DNA of 64,000 nt from Bacteroidia bacterium (GTDB lineage Bacteria; Bacteroidota; Bacteroidia; 2-12-FULL-35-15). Where the stretch lies: assembly GCA_038258655.1 (NCBI GenBank), contig JBBSPS010000001.1, forward strand, positions 7,089 through 71,088, written 5' to 3'. A program made the position numbers and the translations under genes. The notes under the pieces are model-generated. The model made no database searches. It was not told the DNA's origin and was given only the letters and a program-made list of their open reading frames with translations. This document shows positions 57,116 through 64,000 of this stretch, piece after piece; the stretch's first letter is position 1; each line of letters opens with the position of its first letter.

Positions 57116-59137
57116 TTATTGTATAACTAAACGTTTATTGAAAATTTCTTTCCCATCACTAATACGCACCATATATATTCCAGCAGGGAATGTTTTCAAA
57201 TCTAAAACTTGATTTATTTTTCCATTATTATTTTGAACAATCACTTGCAGAATTTCTTCACCAAGTAAATTAAAAATGGATACATTTATTTTTGAGCTTT
57301 GTACACTTGCGCTTATTTTAAATTCTCCATTATTCGGATTAGGAGAAATGGAAAAATCAGAAAAATAATTTTCTTCTTTAATACCGACGGTAAGCAATGT
57401 TGTAAAAGTATAAGGACCTGAATAATTTGTTGTGGTTATATCGCCGCAGTTTGTTCTTACATAAAATGAGTATGCGGTATTCCCCTGCAAACCTGTTAAA
57501 GCATAATAAGGGGTGATAGTGGTATGTGGGATTCCGGTCCCTAATAAAAAACCTTTCAGCCCCCATTGAATATCAAAATGTGTACCTATACCATTCCAAC
57601 TTAATAAGGCGGAGTTAGACGTAATACTAGTAATAGTTCCCGAAGTTGATGAAGCGCATGTTCGATTGGAAAATGTAAAAGGTCCTAACCAATAACTACT
57701 GCCATTTCCGTTACAGGTATCCTGCACATAAAACTCATAAAAAAAATTTGGCGTTAAACCAATTAATGTTTTGGGGTTTACAGTTGTATTTGTGTTACTA
57801 TTACCTGTACCTAAAGTAAAACCTTGCAGCCCCCATTGAGTGTTCCATTTGCCCGAACCGCCGCCAGTCCAGCCTATTGTAAAAGAGCTGTCAGTCTCTT
57901 TGACCATATTAATAAGTGAAGGAGGGTTGCAGTTAATTCCTTGTTTGGAGCCAAGTATAAATTCTCCTTTGGGTCTAGTACTTTTTTTCAATAATAAATG
58001 ATTGACAGTATCATGCTTAGCAAAATATTCACTCCATAACAGATCACTGTTTTGATTGCGTGTAAATAATTTAAGATTCATTTTATCAGCAAGAGCAGAG
58101 GAATTAGCCGCATAATCAAAAGCAAATTTATAAGCTGTATTATCGGAAACATCTGTTAAAAAAACTCCATAATAATTAAAGTTAGATGGGTATTCATTTA
58201 AACTTAAAGAGGAATTGGGCAAGCTATTTACTTTATAGATGTGAATTCCTGAAGCACCGGAAACACTATCCACAATTAAATTGCCATAAGTAGGGTCTGT
58301 TAAGCTAATTACTTCACCACTCCAATCACTTAAGGCAGGGTAAAGTTGTATACTCTCATTGCCAATAGGGGCGCCGGATACCTTCCAGTTTGATGCTACG
58401 GTATTCTTCCAGATGCCATTATTTATTCCTTTAAGATCTCTTAGCTTGTTTCCCGAAGTGCTATCACAATTATAATATGAATATAAACCCGTTTCATTGC
58501 CTAGTAATTTTTTGCACATATCAATCCTGATATCTTGTTCCGTCCTTTCATAATTCCAAATACGCACATCATCCATTTTACCATCATAACGGATGTGCGT
58601 ACCATTATCTGTATAATCCCCAGTTCCATCCTGTCCTAATTTATAAGTGTAGGTTGTAGCTAACGAACCCGTTGCCGCGGAAATATTTATACTATCTTTT
58701 ATAACACCATTAATATAAATTTTTAAATACCCGTTACGTTTAAAAGTAGCAGACAGATGAAACCAGCCACGACCAATAGCGTTAATGGGTACAATTAAAT
58801 TTTTAACAGTTCCATTTGGCGCTTTAAAATTAACTCTTAATTTATTTCCATTATCATGAATATCCATGTTAATGCCTGTGTTACTTCCGGAGCTCCAGTC
58901 CTTGTTACTGAAGAACGCCGGATCATTCATACAATTATTTACATTCAGCCACATTTCAACGGTAAAATCACTGGTATTAATTGCTGAAAGATTTCCGAGA
59001 TCGACGTGATTATTGTTTGACATGTTAGGTGTAAAATCCAAACAATACCCCGAACCAATGGTTGGATTTACCTGTGCATTTAAAATGTCGGTAATAACAA
59101 TGCAAATAAATAATACGTATTTTAATTTATGTTTCAT
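57116..59137 (-). CDS. Secreted LamG/concanavalin-like plus FN3 domain protein with a T9SS type A sorting domain
   Basis: LamG-like block (DFTVEMWLN...GYLKIYINGV). C-terminus SPNPNNGEF...GIYMVRI. Confidence 0.7.
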   Translation of the reverse strand: MKHKLKYVLFICIVITDILNAQVNPTIGSGYCLDFTPNMSNNNHVDLGNLSAINTSDFTVEMWLNVNNCMNDPAFFSNKDWSSGSNTGINMDIHDNGNKLRVNFKAPNGTVKNLIVPINAIGRGWFHLSATFKRNGYLKIYINGVIKDSINISAATGSLATTYTYKLGQDGTGDYTDNGTHIRYDGKMDDVRIWNYERTEQDIRIDMCKKLLGNETGLYSYYNCDSTSGNKLRDLKGINNGIWKNTVASNWKVSGAPIGNESIQLYPALSDWSGEVISLTDPTYGNLIVDSVSGASGIHIYKVNSLPNSSLSLNEYPSNFNYYGVFLTDVSDNTAYKFAFDYAANSSALADKMNLKLFTRNQNSDLLWSEYFAKHDTVNHLLLKKSTRPKGEFILGSKQGINCNPPSLINMVKETDSSFTIGWTGGGSGKWNTQWGLQGFTLGTGNSNTNTTVNPKTLIGLTPNFFYEFYVQDTCNGNGSSYWLGPFTFSNRTCASSTSGTITSITSNSALLSWNGIGTHFDIQWGLKGFLLGTGIPHTTITPYYALTGLQGNTAYSFYVRTNCGDITTTNYSGPYTFTTLLTVGIKEENYFSDFSISPNPNNGEFKISASVQSSKINVSIFNLLGEEILQVIVQNNNGKINQVLDLKTFPAGIYMVRISDGKEIFNKRLVIQ

Positions 59138-59157
59138 TATAGTGTTTCATGAATTAT

Positions 59158-60387
59158 TTACTCAAGAATTATTTTCTTTGTTACTTTCTTTGATCCTATA
59201 TTAAGTTCAATAAAATAAACTCCTTTAGGATTATTACTTAAATCAATATTTAATTTATTTTTTGATGTGGTACAACTCAGCGTATTTTCACAAACTATTT
59301 TACCAATAAGATCAAGCACCTTGTAACTAGTATTTTCGTTGCATTCATTTCCAAACCATAAGGACACCACATTTGTTGTAGGATTTGGAAACACTTTAAC
59401 ATTTATGTTATTTGAGAGGGATTTAATTCCAAGCGCATTTTCATGTATAGAATCCAACCAAGATTTTCCATCAAGTCCCCACGCAGGATTTATTGTAGGG
59501 TTGCAGGAAGAACCCATGATTAAATGATCAAGGGCAGTAACTGCAATATCATATTGTCCGGGACTTTTTGCGCCAATAGATGCATTATAGTTGCCAATAG
59601 CAACACTACCAGGATCAGTTACAGCGGTAAGTTGTTTGGACAGAACAAAATTGCCGGACCCTATCCACCAAATGGATCTTTCCTGAACAGAATTGCCGCC
59701 ATGTGTTGTGCCAATTCCGCCATAGTCCGTGGTAATTAAAATGATCCAATCCTCATTAGCATAATCTGTCCTGTTATGTAAAGCAGTTACAACGCTGCCA
59801 ATTTCTCCGTCTATTGTTTCAAGAGCAGAGATGTAGGAAGAATTACCGGGACTAAATCCGCTGGCATGACCAACAATATCCGCTTCATCAAAACAAATAA
59901 ACATCGCATCCAGATTTGGATTTGCCAACTGTGTTTGCGCAGCAGATACACTTTGTGAGCCAATACCATATTGTACTTTTATTTTATTGCTCCATCCGTC
60001 ATTATACAAATTATCAGACATAGGAGCCCATTGAACAATTTGTACACTGTATAAATTAGGTAGGCAGGATTTTGCGCGCGTAGGAAAATAAGGATAGGTA
60101 GCATATTTACTTCCCGCATAAGTATTGCTTGTAACACCGTGTTTATCGTATTCAACACCACACATGGTTGTTGACCATGCCGGCGCTGATAGAGTTATTC
60201 CACGATGCCAGGATTCATACGTATAAAATCCGTTTGCAATAAGACCGTCAATTACTGGCGTGTTAGCTTGCTGTAAAGCATCAGATCTTATTCCGGCAAT
60301 GCCGATGATCAGTACTTTTCTTGGTTGTGAAGCTTGTATATTAAGAGGAAAAATAACAACCGACAAAATGAGTAAAAAAAATCTCAT
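59158..60387 (-). CDS. Alkaline-phosphatase-superfamily enzyme (type I phosphodiesterase/nucleotide pyrophosphatase, NPP-like) with a T9SS type A sorting domain
   Basis: Metal-site motifs IGIAGIRSD, SAPAWSTTMCG and DEADIVGHASG. C-terminus VFPNPTTN...GVYFIEL. Confidence 0.7.
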   Translation of the reverse strand: MRFFLLILSVVIFPLNIQASQPRKVLIIGIAGIRSDALQQANTPVIDGLIANGFYTYESWHRGITLSAPAWSTTMCGVEYDKHGVTSNTYAGSKYATYPYFPTRAKSCLPNLYSVQIVQWAPMSDNLYNDGWSNKIKVQYGIGSQSVSAAQTQLANPNLDAMFICFDEADIVGHASGFSPGNSSYISALETIDGEIGSVVTALHNRTDYANEDWIILITTDYGGIGTTHGGNSVQERSIWWIGSGNFVLSKQLTAVTDPGSVAIGNYNASIGAKSPGQYDIAVTALDHLIMGSSCNPTINPAWGLDGKSWLDSIHENALGIKSLSNNINVKVFPNPTTNVVSLWFGNECNENTSYKVLDLIGKIVCENTLSCTTSKNKLNIDLSNNPKGVYFIELNIGSKKVTKKIILE

Positions 60388-60535
60388 TGTAAAAAATTTA
60401 ATTGTTATAACAAACTTAATTATTATTTTCCTGAATAGCTATTATATTCTTTAGGTAAAATATTTTTTTGTTGAAAAGAGCTACCCTTGCATTCTTTTCC
60501 GATTCAGGCAGGCGAACTGACACGCTTTCGTATTT

Positions 60536-63466
60536 CTAAATAGATATTTTAAACCCCAACTGGGCTTTAAATCGATAGTATTCAACAGAGGAAACTCTCC
60601 AGCTTTTTCCGATGTATTTTTTTTCAGGAGAATTCAATAAATTATTTCCTTCGATATAAATTGTATATTTTTTCTTAAAATTATAAGAGAGCTGGTAATC
60701 AAGACTGTAATACTGACTCATAAAAATATCATAATCAGAATCTTTATGAATTAAACCTACACCATTTATTGCTGCTAAATTAATTTGCGTTAAATAGCCT
60801 CCATTGTAGCCTAATGCTAATTTAGAATCGAAATTATTTTTTTTATAGATGACAGCAAAATTAAAAAGAAGAGGTGTTTGTTCTGTCATGGGTTGAGACT
60901 GTGGTCTTCCGGGAATCTGCATGCGGGAAATAGAATAAGTGATATTGGAGCTTATTCCAAAACCATTCCAAAAGCCTTTTAAAAAATTAAACCTGCGAAT
61001 AAAAATTCCTTCAAAACCCAACACCCATGATTTTGGTGCATTGGTATATTCTTTAATCATGATACCGGAGGCAGGATCAATATCAGATGTAGTGGTAGCA
61101 AGTATATGATCTTTTATCTTTTTAAAATAAGAGCCGACTGACCACATGCCTCTTGCTCCGAAAAAATGCTGGAAATTTACATCAAGGTTAATTGAATAGG
61201 CGGGTTTTAAATGCGGATTACCGAAAGTGTATTCCAGATCATTGTACCTAATAACAGCATACCCTGGTTTTGTTTCTTCAAAGTTAGGACGATGCATGGT
61301 TTGTGAAGCCGCTAAAAGTAAATTGGTGTTTTCTCTCAGATAAAATGTAGCATTGAGGGAAGGCAGTAGCCCAGTATATTTTAAGTTAGTATAACGTTTT
61401 TCAGGCAGGTAGTAATACGTAGAGGAGGCTACATCATAAGCAGATTTATTGGTAAGTGTATCCGATTGCTCAAATAGTTTGGTATGTTCAATCCGAAATC
61501 CTCCAAGGAGATTTAATTTGTCAGTAGTATAATCTAATTGTGCATACCCTGCTGTCTGCTGTTCATGATACTCATAATTGGAACCCACCCAAAATCTGTA
61601 TTCGGAATTCAATTCATTCATATACACTTCTCTTAGCTTATAATTGTAATCCTTAACAAAACCATTCACGGCACCCATTGTTAAGAAAGGCAATAATAAG
61701 GATTCATAATTTCCGCCCTGCTCTTTTAAAAAAGTTCCGCTGCTTGAAAAATTTTGTGTTTCAAACTCAGTTAAAAGTATGGGAGCGGAAGAACCGCCAG
61801 CATAATTCTGAAACCAATCGTGTTTTGTGATGTGACGATACCCTTTCTTATCACGGTATTTGCCGCCTACCTGTAGTGAAAGAAGGTTACTGATCTTATA
61901 GTTAAGATCCAGTTGCCCAACAATTGGATCACTTTCATGCGTATTATTTCCTTCGGTATAAGATTGAGTATACTGAAAATCATTTGCCTGTAAAGTGTTA
62001 GAGTAATGAGGTTGCAGGTTCTTTGGATTATCTCCGTTTCCATAAGGTTCATCATTCCCCATCAGTTTCAACAATACATAATTTGCGGAATTAGGATCTA
62101 TTGCATTTCCTTTTCCATCCGTTCTGGAGCGATCAGTATAATTAATAGTAGGGCTCATAAATTCCATTACGTAAAATCCGTTTCTCTTATCACTTTTATT
62201 TTTAATGGGGAAAGGGCCATAGCTAAACCGATTGTCGTAAGAAGCTGCCCGTACTGTTAAATTTATTCTTTGCGTAGGTTTATATTCTGCATACACATCT
62301 CCGCCAATAATTTCCCTCAACAATTCGCCATACGCATTTTGTAACCTGACTCTTTGCCCTGAATCATCAAACCAATCGAAGCTTTGTTTTTTCATTTGTT
62401 TATCATCCCTCATCAAGCCTGCAAAAAAATGGGTTCCCATTTTAAAACTGGAATTGAATTTATATTCCATAGCGGTATTACCCCCGAGGGTACTTCTATA
62501 ACCATCATATCTTCTTAGCTCCAGACGATTGATTCCATGATTGAAATTGCTACCATATACTACTTTTTGTGCATCTGTTGCATAATAACGGCTATAGCCG
62601 GAAACGTTAATTATAAAACTGAATTTTTTATTTTTTGATACATTTCCTAAAAACGCATTTATACTAGCCGTTGGTTTATTGGCTAAAGCACTCATTCCAC
62701 CTGCAACATCCAGGCCTATTGATTTTTTATAATCAGGATCTTTCGTAAAAAAATTAATACTGCCTCCTATATTATCTGATTCCATGTCGGGTGTGACTGT
62801 CCTGGATTCAACCACATGATCAATTAATGAGGCGGGAAAAGCTTCAAATTCAAATGAACGTGTTGTATTTTCTTCGCATGCAACAGGTAGCCTGTCGCCA
62901 TTTACCAACACGGCCGACCAATCACTGGGAGTCCCTCTTATTGATACAATACTGTTTTCACCTTTATTTCTCTGAACGGCAACTCCCGGATTATGCGAAA
63001 CAACATCGGCGGCATTTTTATTTGGGAGCTTAGCTATTTCTTCAGAAGAAGTAATTGTTACTAACCGAGAAGAAGTTTTGGTTAAATTAATGGCTTTAGC
63101 TTCACCGTTCATTTCTTCGGTAATAGTTATTTCGCCTAAGTTAGCCACAGCTGTTTTGAGAGTAATAAATTTCAGATCCAATTGCTGCTCAACATCAAGG
63201 GTAATATCTATTACTTTTTTTTCGAAGCCCAAAGCAGTAATCGTTAATTTATAATTACCCAAGGGAACATTGAATAAAGAAAAATTCCCATTGACATCGG
63301 TAAGTGTTTTATAAGGAGTATTTTCAAGAGAAATAATAATTCCAGGCACCGGCACATTTAATGAATCAATTACAATACCTCTTATACTACCGTTGTAATA
63401 TAAATTGGTGCTATGCGAATGAGAATAGAATGCTATAAACAGACCAAATAATAAATACCTTTTCAT
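60536..63466 (-). CDS. TonB-dependent receptor (CarboxypepD_reg, plug, 22-strand barrel)
   Basis: Signal peptide; IRGIVIDSLNVPVPG N-domain; plug; C-terminal ...GFKISI. Confidence 0.85.
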   Translation of the reverse strand: MKRYLLFGLFIAFYSHSHSTNLYYNGSIRGIVIDSLNVPVPGIIISLENTPYKTLTDVNGNFSLFNVPLGNYKLTITALGFEKKVIDITLDVEQQLDLKFITLKTAVANLGEITITEEMNGEAKAINLTKTSSRLVTITSSEEIAKLPNKNAADVVSHNPGVAVQRNKGENSIVSIRGTPSDWSAVLVNGDRLPVACEENTTRSFEFEAFPASLIDHVVESRTVTPDMESDNIGGSINFFTKDPDYKKSIGLDVAGGMSALANKPTASINAFLGNVSKNKKFSFIINVSGYSRYYATDAQKVVYGSNFNHGINRLELRRYDGYRSTLGGNTAMEYKFNSSFKMGTHFFAGLMRDDKQMKKQSFDWFDDSGQRVRLQNAYGELLREIIGGDVYAEYKPTQRINLTVRAASYDNRFSYGPFPIKNKSDKRNGFYVMEFMSPTINYTDRSRTDGKGNAIDPNSANYVLLKLMGNDEPYGNGDNPKNLQPHYSNTLQANDFQYTQSYTEGNNTHESDPIVGQLDLNYKISNLLSLQVGGKYRDKKGYRHITKHDWFQNYAGGSSAPILLTEFETQNFSSSGTFLKEQGGNYESLLLPFLTMGAVNGFVKDYNYKLREVYMNELNSEYRFWVGSNYEYHEQQTAGYAQLDYTTDKLNLLGGFRIEHTKLFEQSDTLTNKSAYDVASSTYYYLPEKRYTNLKYTGLLPSLNATFYLRENTNLLLAASQTMHRPNFEETKPGYAVIRYNDLEYTFGNPHLKPAYSINLDVNFQHFFGARGMWSVGSYFKKIKDHILATTTSDIDPASGIMIKEYTNAPKSWVLGFEGIFIRRFNFLKGFWNGFGISSNITYSISRMQIPGRPQSQPMTEQTPLLFNFAVIYKKNNFDSKLALGYNGGYLTQINLAAINGVGLIHKDSDYDIFMSQYYSLDYQLSYNFKKKYTIYIEGNNLLNSPEKKYIGKSWRVSSVEYYRFKAQLGFKISI

Positions 63467-63557
63467 CTTATTTTGTCAAAGCAAGTGAAGGTATATTAAA
63501 TATCAGTTATTACAAAAAAATACATTACAATAAATTATTCACTAAATTTGCGAGTAA

Positions 63558-63872
63558 ATGCATCAGTACATAAAAAAATATTTTTCTCTTTTTCTTCTTT
63601 TTCTTTTCCTTTTTCCTATGGTGGAGAAAGATGCTCATGCGTTTAAACATCAATCTGATTTACATTGCACCGCTTCCGACAAACACTTTCATGAATTAGA
63701 ACATACCTGTTCGCTTTGTGATTTTACAATTACTGATTCAACTTATCCTACCAAAACTGATCATCAATTTATAGTTTTCACTCAACAATTTTTATTTCAT
63801 CCTTTTATTGAAAGTGTATTTACACTTAATGCATTTCAACATATTCCAGCCAGGGCTCCTCCTGTTGTTTAA
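63558..63872 (+). CDS. Hypothetical His/Cys-rich small protein (may be spurious)
   Basis: The N-terminal third is encoded by a 35 nt polypyrimidine CT tract. H/C-rich centre (HAFKHQSDLHCTASDKHFHELEHTCSLCD). Confidence 0.3.
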   Translation: MHQYIKKYFSLFLLFLFLFPMVEKDAHAFKHQSDLHCTASDKHFHELEHTCSLCDFTITDSTYPTKTDHQFIVFTQQFLFHPFIESVFTLNAFQHIPARAPPVV

Positions 63873-64000
63873 ACCTCATCCTTAATTCCTCTCGAAAGGA
63901 GAAGTGCGTGACTTATTTTAGTGCGCTTTTAAATCTTATTTAAAATTTAAACAATAAAAATTAACCGATGAAAAATTTTATTTCTTCATTATTTGTAATT

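Noticed and set aside
1-64000. Search for CRISPR arrays, transposases/IS elements, integrases, phage genes, toxin-antitoxin or defence islands
   Set aside because: No direct-repeat/spacer architecture, no transposase, integrase or phage-like ORFs, and no recognisable defence-system proteins. The window is a housekeeping backbone with envelope and secretion genes.
63968-64000. ATG at 63968 (MKNFISSLFVI...) at the window edge
   Set aside because: Plausible signal-peptide start of a plus-strand gene, but only 11 codons are visible; not enough to call.

Overview
This 64 kb window looks like a low-GC (about 35-37%) Bacteroidota chromosome segment, probably Sphingobacteriia- or Chitinophagia-like: it has T9SS type A and B sorting domains, gliding-type C-terminal domains, TonB-dependent receptors, DUF2723 and DUF3108. 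The left 9.5 kb is the distal half of the dcw cell-division cluster (murD, ftsW, murG, murC, ftsQ, ftsA, ftsZ), ending in a clear terminator. The rest is a mostly housekeeping backbone: PBP1a, gatC, plsC-like, trpS, radA, kynA, ppk1-ppx, rnr, recG, cspA-like, rsmG, tgt, lptF/G, ispE, accA. Interspersed are envelope and secretion genes: two ECF sigma loci, OmpA-family, two TonB-dependent receptors, an ABC exporter, and five T9SS cargo proteins including an NPP-type phosphatase.

I recognised no rRNA, tRNA, CRISPR, transposase or phage genes.

The most notable observations are:
- a stand-alone paralog of the MurD C-terminal domain between murD and ftsW, translationally coupled to ftsW;
- a family of long, perfect intergenic hairpins with shared arm sequences (murC|ftsQ, ftsA|ftsZ, the recG upstream region, upstream of csp, after tgt);
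- a degenerate heptamer (TTATAAG)n tandem repeat at three gene junctions;
- a 15/16-identical TTCGCAA box upstream of two envelope genes;
- a triple palindromic GCTCCTAYGGAGC motif upstream of recG;
- an anti-sigma factor carrying a PKD and a T9SS type B-like C-terminal domain;
- a lysine-rich small protein leading the ppk1-ppx operon;
- a 640 bp gene-free gap;
- three single-base frameshifts, all in A/T homopolymers (cyclophilin gene twice, large T9SS protein once), which may be sequencing artefacts rather than pseudogenes.

None of this could be verified by database search here.
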